From: Octopus bimaculoides
Taxonomy: Eukaryota
Direction: 5' to 3'
Assembly (NCBI RefSeq): GCF_001194135.2
Contig: NC_068982.1
Span: 181,622,819-181,669,299, forward strand
DNA length: 46,481 bases
Positions within the stretch are counted from its first letter, which is position 1. Each line of letters starts with the position of its first letter. Shown here piece by piece: positions 26,049 through 38,605 of this stretch. A program made the position numbers and the translations under genes. Below the pieces are notes generated by a model. It ran no database searches. It saw only the letters and a list, made by a program, of their open reading frames with translations, and was not told the DNA's origin.

Positions 26049-26282
26049 NNNNNNNNNNNNNNNNNNNNNNNNNNNNNNNNNNNNNNNNNNNNNNNNNNNN
26101 NNNNNNNNNNNNNNNNNNNNNNNNNNNNNNNNNNNNNNNNNNNNNNNNNNNNNNNNNNNNNNNNNNNNNNNNNNNNNNNNNNNNNNNNNNNNNNNNNNNN
26201 NNNNNNNNNNNNNNNNNNNNNNNNNNNNNNNNNNNNNNNNNNNNNNNNNNNNNNNNNNNNNNNNNNNNNNNNNNNNNNNNNN

Positions 26283-26310
<28 letters not shown>
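25840..26310. repeat. Compound GA/CA/TA microsatellite containing an assembly gap (N at 26049-26282)
   Basis: Directly visible. Confidence 0.95.
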
Positions 26311-26314
<4 letters not shown>

Positions 26315-26479
26315 ACTGTTTCGAATTTGAATGAAGGTGTATAGAATAATATATCAGTTGATTTAAGTTAAAACATGGTCCAGTTTTCACCTTTCCTATT
26401 ATGGTATTTTATCATTAAAATGTAATAATTTGTAATGCTCATGAAATTAAATTAGCGCTTTCATATATAGTGGAATCAT

Positions 26480-27085
26480 TAGGTTTCAAATGTGCTTAAA
26501 TGACAGTTGACTTCTTCACAACTTTAGTACCACTTAGAACGCTCCAACAAATACCAGAAACACACGATTTATAGAACTCAAAGAAATTCTCTTCTAACAA
26601 AATACCCTCTCCTACCTATAGAAAATAGCATACAACGCGCAGAAGGAATACCTATAGAACAACTAAACGAATAAGATGATCTCATCAAAGGAACACAATG
26701 CCATTTCTCGTAACACGCGATCCGCATCACCAAACCATTTTATCATCGTCAAAACAAATTTGTCAATCATAAAAATAAGTGAAATATTAAAAAAACAATA
26801 ACTAATCAGTCACTTATCTTAAGTGAAAAGTAACCACATAACCTAAAGAAAATATTAACAGAGGCAAAATTCAACATGAACAAACAGGATAAAACATTCT
26901 CAGGATACAAGTGTAATGATAGCAGACGTGGAATGTTTCAATACATGTATACAACAACAAAAAAAAAGGACTGATCTTCGTAAATGCAGATATGAACTGC
27001 AAAGCAGTAAATTCCATCATTTCTGTAATCATAGCTTGCTTGCAAACCGTCTGCACAGATGAGTGTCAAATTAGCCGGAGACAGA
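26480..27085 (+). mobile_element. Decayed Penelope-like fragment (RT C-terminus/linker to start of GIY-YIG)
   Basis: TKYPLLPIENSIQRAEGIPIEQL and QSLILSEK*PHNLKKILTEAKF fit the PLE thumb/linker pattern (..P.NLK.IL..AKF). A Cys-rich remnant follows. Confidence 0.65.
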
Positions 27086-27134
27086 CATGGAAAATATATA
27101 CATACATGAATGCATTAATACATACATAAATGCA

Positions 27135-27164
27135 TGTATCTATCTATCTATCTATCTATCTATA

Positions 27165-27199
<35 letters not shown>

Positions 27200-27270
27200 A
27201 TATCTATCTATCTGTATATCTATCTATACACATACACATACATACACACATATACAGATACATATAAACA
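27135..27270. repeat. (TCTA)n/(CA)n microsatellite
   Basis: Directly visible. Confidence 0.95.
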
Positions 27271-27599
27271 AGCACATATATAAATACTAGCTAGATGAAA
27301 TACAGTGAGAAACAAAACAAAAGTCCCTCGAATGAGAGAATATCTCTACCAACGTCTACAACAAAACTAATTTAAATACCAAATGATGTAAACCATGGTT
27401 CTCAAATATATAACAGAAACCTGAAATCAGATTTTATATTAAAAAGATAAGTAAAAGAAGCATAATCAAAGGTTGTAATCCAAAATGCGTTGTATTCAAA
27501 ACGAAACAATTTAAACGAACAACGCTGGCCTAGATTTAAAACATTATCTAAAAAAATCTGTAATATAAAGCTGTGTGACTCTCGATGAAGACATTTTAA

Positions 27600-30270
27600 G
27601 GGGTAGAGGTGAAATTTCAAACCGGAGATAAGCGAATAAATAATTCTCAGAAAAACTACGGTGATGAAAAAAATACTCCTGATTTCTACCGCCTTCGGAG
27701 TGAGCTGATATGAATGCAGCTGAAGTACCCGCAAGATTAGAGATCTCGTGGCGTCTGGAATATACATAGTACAAAATAAAGTAAGTATTCTGCCAGTCCA
27801 CAGATTAGCGAAGACAAATTGCTGGTGAACATGGATGGCCTTATAGAAACGCATTAAGAGGATAGAGGCCATCCCTGACGTGGTCAATCCTGCAAATGGT
27901 TTTCTGCTTTTTATAGCGGTTGTGGGGTTAGATGCGTATATGTAAGGACGCATACCATCTAAGACCTTTCTGCCCACTGCAATATGAAACTAAGTAAGAA
28001 GATTCCTGCTTCCAATGTCTTCACCAGAACAAAACATCAACAAGAAAAGCAGCTACGGCATCTACATCAGCAGCAGTACCAAAATAGAATGTGCAGCGCC
28101 GAACGGAACAAGAGAAACTATTCGAAACAATGCAGCAGTCACACAAACAACAACTCAGGAAGCATTCAACCTTTGAAGCAAAACATAGATTTCAAACACC
28201 ATAACAAACAAACACAAAATCCAATCTCCGCCAGCAATAAGATAAGCACCTGAAAGAGAAAAAGTAAGACGGTATCAGAAAGTATACGACCTTAGATTCA
28301 AACATGCATGAGATAATGAAATATATATATACAACAATGCACAAACATTTTTCAAAATGTATACATCAGACATCCATATAACACCAAGTCGTATAAAGAT
28401 TATTCTAAACACGAAGCAGTATGCATATGACAAAATGATAAGAGAATATGCCCCCAGAGAATAAGAAACTTTTCGGGGAATATAAATATAAGATTATATA
28501 AAGAAATGCTTGCAGAAACAATATAACGCCTAGTGGCTCTAGCTAAAAGGAAAGGGATGCAAATTCTTTACAAAACAGCTCAGAGATTTCCAACTATCTG
28601 ACAAGTACAAGCTGGTTTTCCCAAATGCGTCAACATGGACATGGACAAAGAGCATTAGAACATCCAGATCGTATATGGGTACAGTATTCTATCGGTAAGT
28701 GGATAGGGATTGCATAGACTGTCAATGATTTAAAGTAGTCGGCTATAGTGGCCACGAATTCCCAATCTGTACAGTTGATCTATGTTTGTGGTTCTCAACC
28801 GGAGTCCATATGGCCCCTAAGGATCCATGTAAGACTTTTGGGGTATTCACGCTACAAAGTACTAAATGGTCCTCAATAATATTTTAAGGACATCTAAAAC
28901 AATGTTTGCTTTAGATATATGTATTGGTATATATTGCAAGAATCAGTTAGATTTCTTTTTCGAACGGTTAACGTAATTCAACCCACACAAGGTCATGTGT
29001 GAAAAACGAAATGGGAAATTAAGAAAGAAGCATATATACAACTAGTGTTTAAACATGAAATAACTAAGGGGGTCCGACAGAAAGAAGTAATAATCAAATG
29101 GGTCCGTAGATAAAAATTGTTGAGAAACCCTCGCGTAGGTAGTCGTCCTAGGCAAGCATCACGTTACAGGACGCTGAGTATGTCACAACTGGCACTGCAA
29201 TTGTACATAGTCCGGATTTGTGAATTAGTAAAGCAGATGTTCATGTCGGTAATGATGAACAATAGTGTGGCCTGAAGAGCGATTGGGATAGAAATGATTA
29301 AGCTTAGTGTGACTGTGTCAGTTAAGAAAAATAGAAATGAGGGAGAGTGAGAAATTTATAAAAAGCGCTTCAAAAAGCCAAGGCAACTAACGTACCCATA
29401 GCGAAATTGGCTATCGACTACATTCTTCAACGCGAAACACAAAAATAGCGTAATCACAGCCAAAGCAAGTGTTCTTAGACATGAGAAGGGGAAAGCCAAA
29501 CAATTATACCAGGTGGTGAGGCGCAAATATACAAAAAATACAGAACTGATTCGTTGGCACAATATAATAGATGCAAGTCTGTGATCCCAACCAAGGATTT
29601 ACGGCTTCTTAACGGCGCTTCGATCGACCATCCTGTATAAGTTGCAAGCATGTTGGAATTAAGTAGCTAACTGGACGCCTTGCTATGACTTTCTGTGAAA
29701 CAGGGGAATTTAACCAAGAGCCGATGATAGTCATAGAAATATAAGAAACAATGGTAAGAATCCAGTTGCCTGGTGTGTATGGTAAGCCATGCGAGATTTA
29801 CTTTCATGTAGCTGATATATTTGTAGAACTCTTGGCAGATATCTATATTAACTAACATAATAACAGGGAAGTTTCAACTAGCGCAAACTGAGGGATGTGG
29901 CGCTGCTGAAAAAAAAAACAATAAAAAATGAGTAGATTGATTGTTTCGGTCAAATGCTCTGCTAAGCGTAGATTTCGACCACGGTGGTAACAAAAAGTTT
30001 AGCGCTTCTCATGCGCCATCAGCACAGGTTCATCAGTTTGGTAGTAAGGATCATGTGTGTGAAATATATATTGTACCCCGGAGACTAATCCGTATGTACT
30101 GATCCTCAAACCACTATTGCTGAACCTAAAGAAATCATTACACATTCTGCGCAACTCAGGATGCAGAACTGCTTTGGTATACGCGGATGAGGTGACTGTC
30201 ATAATGTCGGATACTATGCACATAGACGTTATCAGCAGTGTTCTAAGACTGTTACGAGGTGATGTTCTCT
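27600..30270 (+). mobile_element. Heavily decayed L1/Tx1-like LINE (ORF1 zinc knuckle, ORF2 APE endonuclease and RT remnants)
   Basis: ORF1: EAIPDVV and (M)RICKDAYHLRPFCP (x-x2-C-x4-H-x4-C, 27932-27976). Endonuclease: DKYKLVFPNASTWTWTKSIRTSRSYMGTVF (~28600-28690). RT: LPGVYGKPCEIYFHVADIFVELLADIY (~29770) and YVLILKPLL...ALVYADEVTVI (~30090-30210, degenerate YADD). Confidence 0.8.
28786..29132. mobile_element. hAT-type MITE / non-autonomous DNA transposon inserted in the LINE endonuclease region
   Basis: Terminal inverted repeats GTGGTTCTCAACC (28788) and GTTGAGAAACCCT (29119-29131). LINE homology resumes afterwards. The 8-bp TSD is not convincingly preserved. Confidence 0.65.
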
Positions 30271-30689
30271 AATACTGTCTGACCCTTGCGCCTTGCCGGT
30301 TTTTAAAAGTCCCAGGAATAAAACTCCTGATTGTCCTCTTTCTGTAGAACGGTCTCATTCCTCTCGCATAGATCCCCATTTGCAGTCAATAACTACAAAG
30401 TTTAATGATCTGCAGACAACCAATAAGACTGCAAAATGTCTTCCACAATGAGCAGGTGTGGTCGCCATTTGCTACATTCATTTTTCCACAGCTCGTCTCT
30501 TTCAGTTACATTCCGGGATCAAGCATACATCGAGATATCAAAAGCACAACCAGGATATCAATATCCTCTCCTAATTAGACTATGTAATCGGTAGATTTTC
30601 CAAAGAAAGATAGTGTCTTGCAAGAGCGTCGAGATTCTGAGCTCGCAGAGATTCAACTGACTGGTCGGTGCAAATGACTTTAATGGGCT

Positions 30690-31560
30690 GGGATTAATTT
30701 TAAGAAGCTTCTGTGCTGGATGTGTTAGACGGGGGATGTTGTCTGTTCGAGATACATTCTTGAATTATGGAAGTGTCGATGACAAAACTTAAGATGTGTG
30801 CACAGAGCGACAAATGTGTTTTCCATGTAAGTACCCAGCCGTTGAGGTTTATGGAACATCTGTCGTATGTTGCAGCATTCAGGCTATCAGTTGAGTTCAT
30901 CGCAATATGTCTCTCTGCATTGCTTTGACCAGAACATACATGCATTATGTATGGTATGACCTTAGAGAAAGAGGTTATTGTGAACCAAATTGAAAGTGTT
31001 GAAAGCCGAATCCTTCTCCTTTGATCATGCACTCATCTATTTTTCTATTGAAAAAGAAAGTGACGGTGGAGATGGAAGTGTCGCCTCCCAAAGGTTTGAA
31101 AGGTGAATATGAATAGAATGGCTGGTTCTGAGTGAACGGGACAGCTCTGACCATGCGCATCTAGATTAGAAGTGGATGATAGGATTGACGACAGATACTG
31201 ACAAGATTTCCCGAAGGTGTCAGTGTGGGCATGAACGAACCGAATCGGGTCATCTAGGTCATATCTAGACAGAGTATTCTGTTGGCCAGTGGATAAGGTT
31301 AGTATATGTTGACCACATTTTAAAATCGTCGTCCTAAACATAAACAAATTTGTGATCTGCATACTCGAACTAGATAGACTTCGTAGGCTGGTACCCGAAT
31401 ACTGGAAGTTGAACGCATCACTACCGACAATACTCGGTTACTAAAATCATACTGCATGAATTAGGACGTAGGAGAACCATCTTGAAATACGCAGAGACCG
31501 CTATAATGTCGAACACCAGACACATAGGCATTTATGCAGTTTCTGATGTCAGCATTTCAA
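30690..31560 (+). mobile_element. Second L1/Tx1-like ORF2 endonuclease fragment
   Basis: One frame reads DRY*QDFPKVSVWA*TNRIGSSRSYLDRVFC...LVPEYWKLNASL (SYLDRVF at 31259, YWKLNASL at 31400-31423), typical of the L1/Tx1 APE end. VSMTKL upstream resembles the xETK motif. Confidence 0.8.
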
Positions 31561-33476
31561 GTGATTATTATCTTTCGTTTGTCTTTAATTATGATGTAAA
31601 AAAGTCAATGAAATGAAATTTGTTTAATTCTCTAAAGGCAATTCCATTGTTAGGAAATATAAATAAGTTAATATTTATAACTCTTAATTTCAATGTTTAA
31701 TTTCTTTGCTTACTTAATATTTGTCTCAACGTACATTTTTTTTTTATTCTGTTACTGTTTCTGCAACCTGTATGATTAGCAATACCTTCTGTCTGCACAT
31801 TTACATTGTCATTTGTATAATAAAAGAGTTCATTTGTAACGATCACTCGAATGTTACATTCCTCCCTCTCAATCAACTGACGAAATGTCCCTGAATAACT
31901 TTTTAACATCTCAATACATTTTGTTGTAACAGCTTAGTGAGTCTGCTCGTACTATACCTATAAAAGACAGTTTACAATTATAAGAAAAGTCTCCAATAAA
32001 AACAAATATTTCCCGTATAATTTAATGAGTATTTATGGTGCTTTCCTTATCATAATACTGACTGTTATAAAAATAGAATTAAACGAGACCTTTCTAACAA
32101 TAGAAAATCTATCAACCTCATAGCAAAACACATTAGAATGTTTATCAAACCACTTAGCTGTTATATACCTACCATCAGCAATACAATAGGAGTTGTACAA
32201 TCCGCTATAATATTGTTTAAAAATGACAACAACAACAGAAATGTGCATAATTTGGCAACATTAAATAATAGGAAAACTAAAATGCATTATATTGAATGGA
32301 AGAAGATACCAGAAAATCAAAAGGCAGTATTGATTTCTTTGTCTAACTACAAGACCGGTGATTTAATTAGACGGAGGACCGAAAAATATATTCATGATTG
32401 TCCGAACAGTTTCAATGTAATTATTTTAATTTATCATAAAATATACACCGCTTTAAATTGTCTACACTAAGTGTAACATCTTGAATTTTTGTATTTATTC
32501 CGTTGCTGAAAACAGTTTCGTGTTTGAGAAATATTCTTTTATTGCGTTTCGCATCGCTGCCTCTGAGTTTAACCTTTTACAAAATAAGGGTTATTCAGTC
32601 AACCATCATATTGAATGTTGAATTCCTATTGTTGTTATTGTTTAATCTCCAGCACATTCTTTTCCAACTAACCAATAAATAAAACTATACATTCTTTGGC
32701 CACTCACTTCTTTAACGCAGAAGTATATCTGAGTTTGCATTGTCTAGCATTTCCTTTCCTTTTACAAATGCCGTTAATTTTCTTTTATTTCAAGGTGAAT
32801 GGATTGCGATTTTAACGTGTTATATCACTTATTCATTCGTATATGCAATCGAGAAACCAATCCTTCACACAGGCACCTTTTCATATTTTACATAATTGCT
32901 ATAATATTCATGATCTTTAAACAGAGAATTTCAAACAACTTCTAAAATTTACTTACTCGACATTGGCTTCAATTTTTTTTTTTTTTTCTTTACATTCATA
33001 TCAAACAAAATATCTGCTGAAGTGTTTTGGACTTACAGGAAACTTAATCCAATTTATTATATTTCTTCTGTAAACCATAAGTAATGAGATATCTGTTCAT
33101 CAAACAGTTATTTTCACCTTAGTTGTTATGTTCTCAACAATTACTATTCTCTGATGTATCATTTTCAAATACATATGCAACGAGATCAAAATAGTGACCA
33201 AGTACTTTTGGAATCCTCATTTTCTCTTCTCAAACTATTTATATACAGAATATGATTTATCGAGCAAACGGTTCCTTCGACGTCACCTGCAAATTCTGTA
33301 TCATTTAGTAAAGATGACTGGTTACTGTCTCCACCCATCTCACATATATCTTCTGGTAGGTTGTATATCTCTAAATACTTCCTATATTTGATAAACTACA
33401 AAAGCCACAAACGTTCACTTTCAGGTACCCACAGCACAATCAAAAGATGACGGTGGAATCTCAGTGTGATAGTTAA

Positions 33477-33550
33477 ACACGATACAAATAACAACCAAAA
33501 ATTCATTTAAGTGTACTTAAATGGATTTTTGGTTGTTATTTGTATCGTGT
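33477..33550. repeat. 74-bp near-perfect palindrome (36-bp arms, one T-G mismatch, 2-nt spacer)
   Basis: acacgatacaaataacaaccaaaaattcatttaagt-gt-acttaaatggatttttggttgttatttgtatcgtgt. Confidence 0.97.
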
Positions 33551-33734
33551 ACTCTCTTCAAAAAGGAAAAAAGCATTGGTTATTATACTACTAGATATAC
33601 TATTCCAGACGAAATGTTTTGCATGGAATCTCTTTAATAACATAGCCGTTCATTCTTATTTCGTCTGTATCAAACAATAATGTTCAGCAATTTATCAAAA
33701 TATCTGCCGACTTTATGTTTAGTAGCTAGCTCTC

Positions 33735-33758
33735 TCCTCTTCTTTTGTTTCCTCTCTC

Positions 33759-33807
<49 letters not shown>

Positions 33808-33826
33808 CCTCTCTCTCTCTCTCTCT
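33735..33826. repeat. (CT)n microsatellite
   Basis: Directly visible. Confidence 0.95.
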
Positions 33827-34087
33827 GTAGGCGGCAGGTTTGTTTCAAATTAATCAATCCTTACGTATCTAAACCTTTTCAATAGCGATATCTGCACTCA
33901 CGTTAAAGTGAGCAGATACATTCGTTGGCACGTCAGACAAAGTGCTTTGAGGCATTTTTTTTCGGCTTTATATCTGGGGTCGAGGAAATTGAGTAACGCC
34001 CAGCCAAAGAAAATTTTAGGCCTTGTTTTCAAAGTAAAAACAATGCATATGCGCACATTATTGATGGCCCTCAAACTGTCAGTGATG

Positions 34088-34143
34088 GTGTGTTCCGTTT
34101 CCTTCTGTAGTTTACGTGTGTTACGTTCCCTTCAGTAGTTTAC
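34088..34143 (+). repeat. 28-bp tandem duplication (3 mismatches)
   Basis: gtgtgttccgtttccttctgtagtttac versus gtgtgttacgttcccttcagtagtttac. Confidence 0.85.
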
Positions 34144-35033
34144 TGCGATTAGAAGGATTTCAGTTACTGTTGATATTTATATACAATTTATCTACCTCGC
34201 TTCCACTTCACGTAATTAAGTAACATAAAATTCTTATGAGGTCCAAAGTCGAATCTAACTCATTTAGGCATAGATTTCTGATAGATCACAGCAACTGCAT
34301 ATCAAACATTCAAAACGAGTAATAGAATACATTTTACATGTGCTAATAAACTGATCTAACCGCAATATTCTAAACATTTCTTTACCATTTATAAGCCTGG
34401 TCCCAGACTAAATCATTAACGCCAATTTACAGTTACTAACTCAATAATAACTGTCTTGGTTTCACAGATACAGAATGATATATTCAATAACACTAACGGC
34501 ATCAGTAATTAAAGAGTATTCAGTTAGATAGTACCTAGATGCGAGTAGAATCATGAATGCCCAGAAATATACAAAGGCGGTTGTACAGAAATAGACTGAT
34601 ACATATGCATACATTTATGTACACGCATTCATACAAAAACGTGTCTGTCTTTGTACCTATGAATCGTACGATGTGTGTTAGTAAGAATATCATTTACATT
34701 ATAAGAAGACACTGAAGTACATTGATGCTGAATAACTGTAACTATAGAATATAGACTCAAATAAGTTGGGAAAATAACGTAACTAATAAATAAATATGCC
34801 TTAGATACCCCTTAGTACTTAAATGTTGAATGGTGTTTTATGTAACATGTAATATTTTTGCATATACGGTATTTGCAGTAAAATTTAATTACAATAAACA
34901 AACCACCGTCACTAGTGGACGCTTCTTGCACGTTGCTGATATACTTCTGTGTGTTGTAACACTATACACCCATTCGAGATGCGCAGCTTGTGTCTTTCTA
35001 CAGTATACCGACCTACCTTAGGGAGATATACAC

Positions 35034-35035
<2 letters not shown>

Positions 35036-35075
<40 letters not shown>

Positions 35076-35348
35076 TATGTGTATTTCGTGTGCAAGATTC
35101 GTGGGCACACACTCACATGCTCATACCGAACAGTTTCAAAACAACGCCAAAACAACGCCAAATCATACATTCAAAATAAATGGAAGTGGAGAGACATGTT
35201 ACTGAAGAGATTGCAAGAATGCAATGAAATAATTTTACAAAAAACTATATACATTAATAAAAGACTGAACCAGTGCGTGTGTTTATTACCGGCATAATGC
35301 CTAACCCAAGGTTTAATTGTATATATATATATATATGTATATATATAT

Positions 35349-35412
<64 letters not shown>
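35036..35412. repeat. (TA)n at 35036-35072 and (TA)n(GA)n at 35320-35412
   Basis: Directly visible. Confidence 0.9.
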
Positions 35413-35418
<6 letters not shown>

Positions 35419-36494
35419 TTTTTCTGCATGTATATGTGTAAATAGATATGTATATAAGTGTAAGTGAGTTTTATGTTTGAATGTGTGCGTTTTCATGAAT
35501 ATAAATTAAACACACTTGAAAATATTTCAAATATCCTACCTGCTATTTCGCTGCCAATTTCGAGTATCTGTGAGAAAAAAATTTTCCGTTTTATAAATAC
35601 ATTTCGCATATTGCAATTCTCAAGCACCTGCGTATATATATTTGTATTAAAGCTACCTGCATTGTCCCGACTTTAGCATCAATTTTAAAAACATACAGGA
35701 AAAGATAACGGATATTGTATACCTTTTGAAGTATCTACTTTCATTTCAAAGTAGAGCTGGGAAATTGAAGTTATCACAAGATGTACTCGAATTTATGCTT
35801 TTTCAAACTATATTTTGTAAGGAATATATGTCTGCTTTTCGTAGCTAGCGAGATCAACCCAATTGTTTTGACAAATAAATTATTAGTATCGTCATAGTCT
35901 ATTACACATATTTATTTGATATCGTAGCATACTGTAAACGATTTTTTTTAGAATGTCGCGAAAACGTGGAATATCATATCATTAAGAAATTTATCTAAAT
36001 TGATGATATCTATATATCAATATAATTTGAAATTTCAATATTTATTAATACAAGACAAAATGTGAAGCACACTCTGTAGGATTGTATTTTATTTTAAGTA
36101 ATATCAATGAATTTGCATGATAAGATGAAAATTTTGTAGCTGCAATTATTGGATCGACAGCTCAGTCAATTCTGTTATAAATTCAGTTTATGATTAACCC
36201 ATAATTCTATTAACTGGAATTGTTTTATTAAACTTTGATTTATAGCATAAAACATCCTTAGAAATACGCTGGAATGATCATAATAGAATTTCAAAATAAC
36301 AATGTAAATAGAAATAAGCGAGATATTGGGTGAAAAATTAGCAAACCTCATTTGAATATCAGAGAAATATACCTAGTAGATATAGCAAAAAGGTTAGATA
36401 TGTGTAAGTATTGACAGAAAATTACGAAATTTGTAATTTTTAAGTGATTTCATATGAGATCACTGGTAGTTAATGGGTTAAGCAGAGTATAAAC

Positions 36495-36779
36495 GTGTAG
36501 CCTAGTGTTTAGGGTATTCTGCTCAGGGCCGAACGGTCGTAAGTTCGACTTGCGGTGGTACGTTCTTTCAGGCCGCTCATCTGGCAAAAATGAGTTGTAC
36601 CTGTAGTTTAAATGACCAGCTTTGCCACTTTCTGTGCCACATTGAATCTCCCTAAGAACCACGTTAATGTTACATGTGTCACTGGAATGCTCAGCCACTT
36701 GCACTTTAATTTCTCGAGCAAACTCTTTCGTTGACAGGATCAAATGGAACCCTCGTCGTCACAACCGATGGAATACTAG
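36495..36779 (+). mobile_element. tRNA-derived SINE (octopus-type, second family), internally deleted
   Basis: tRNA-like head GCCTAGTGTTTAGGG...GTAAGTTCGACT. Body ctggcaaaaatgagttgtacctgta...gctcagccacttgcac...ggaaccctcgtcgtc. Confidence 0.8.
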
Positions 36780-37808
36780 ATTATTTTTTAGAACTACGCA
36801 GGAAAATGTTTGATATTCATAAGGAATTGCGGAAATAATTTGATTATAACTCACATTCATAGATACGCAGTATATTGATTAGTAATATTCTTTGTTCTGA
36901 AGAACATGTTGCACTGTATGTTGATATGATGACGTAAGTAATTGTCTTTGTGTATTGTATGTGGTGTCATTGGAAGTACAGCCATAGGCCATAGAAATGA
37001 TTTTCTAGAAGTGAGAAATGGATTTAAATGTTAAATAGAATAAACTTGAAAGGGGTGAAATATGAGAAGTACGCATGACCCATATGAAGTTTTCGTAAAT
37101 AATGACATATGGATTCCTGGAAATTATTGTAAAGAAAACAAGGTGGGCTCCAGAAAAAAGTTTTGAGTTAGGCACAGCAACTGGTTTATGGTGTATAGCA
37201 TTTGAGTATGCTATTAATTACTCTATCCACATAAGTATCTATATGGAATTATGCTGAAAGAGTGAATGGTGATTCAGTAGATGCGATGAAACAGAGTTCC
37301 ACTCCAGAATACTGAAGTGTCTTATAAATTCGGTATTTGGTGAAATAACTGTAATGTATTGATATCTAGTAAATGTCTTTTGTGCATTTACAAAATATTT
37401 GTAGTTTATTTGCAACGGAGGATAATATTTCAAAGGGACAAAAATGTGAATTGTTAGAATTGGTAGATTTCCATAACCAGCTGTCATACTAGTTAATGCA
37501 TTTTACCTTCGGTGTTTAAATACTACTATTATAAAGTATGATTTTTCTTATCTTCTATAAAATAAAACTACAGAGAAATTCATTAATGGGATGCGTCGAA
37601 ACGAAAAATATTCCCGAGTAAGGTGTATCCAACTCTTGGGGGAATAACAGATAGTGCGTTTCAGATATTTCTGTAGAGATTATATCATAAATGAGGGTAG
37701 GGTATGACTGTTGTCATCTACACAAAATTGGTTTCATGTAGATTTAGAAGAGCCAACACCTATAGAAAACATCTATAGAAACGAAGGGCAACAAAATATA
37801 TGGTCAAT

Positions 37809-38020
37809 GCAGCGAGCCGTTAGAATCGTTAGCACACTGGGCGAAATGCTTAACGGCATAGATTTCTCTGATGTTCTCAGCTACAATTCCACGGAGAACG
37901 AATTTAACATTCATCCTTTTGCGGTCGATAAAATAAGTATTACTTAAAAACTAGGGTTGAAGTCATCGACTGAGCCCGTCCACCAAAATTACTGGCCTTG
38001 TGTCAAAATTTGAAATCAAT
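37809..38020 (+). mobile_element. tRNA-derived SINE
   Basis: agaatcgttagcac..gggcgaaatgctta.cgg and ttcatcctttt.cggtcgataaaataagta. Reverse-complement homolog of 38404-38605. Confidence 0.8.
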
Positions 38021-38403
38021 AAAATATATGGTAACTGTATTAGGGAATGTGGAAGACGAGATTCCTGACACTTGTAGAAACTTTTAATGTAGCATTCAAA
38101 AATATATTATATTGTTGAGTGTTTAGCCACATAGCAACACAATATCTTTACCCAGTGTAATTTACGAATGAACCTGAGCCTAAATTATTTATTTGAACTT
38201 ATATATAGCGAAGGAGTCAGATTCCTTTATGGACTGAGGGTATTTCGATTGTAAAATTTTCTACCATGTACATTACATAGAGCACTCAGAAAGTGAACAG
38301 AGAACCGCATTAACAATGTAAAAGTAAATATCAATAATATTCTCGCTTTCCGTTTATTGAGGATATATGACGGCACAACGATCTCATTTAAAATGGTTTC
38401 ATA

Positions 38404-38605
38404 TTTTGACACAATGCCGGTAATTTTGGGAGTGGGGATAGTCGATTACATCGACAGCAGTATGCGACTGGAATTTTTTTATCGACCGTGAAAAGATAAA
38501 AGGTAAAGTTTACCTCAGCGGAATTTGAAAGCAGGAAGTAAAGACCGATGAAAGGCCGCTAAGCATTTGCCCGGCCTTCTAAAGATTCTGACAGCTCACC
38601 ACCCT
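38404..38605 (-). mobile_element. tRNA-derived SINE, same family, opposite orientation
   Basis: Reverse complement of 38403-38430 (cccaaaattaccggcattgtgtcaaaat) closely matches ~37982-38010. The body aligns with the 37809 copy. Confidence 0.85.

Noticed and set aside
27402-27977. 191-aa minus-strand ORF
   Set aside because: It is antisense to the decayed LINE ORF1 and has no recognisable domain.
29999-31362. Minus-strand CR1-like RT suggested by ORFs 29999-30223, 30700-31032 and 31045-31362
   Set aside because: The + strand gives much clearer L1/Tx1 motifs (YADEV, SYLDRVF, YWKLNASL); these ORFs are antisense shadows.
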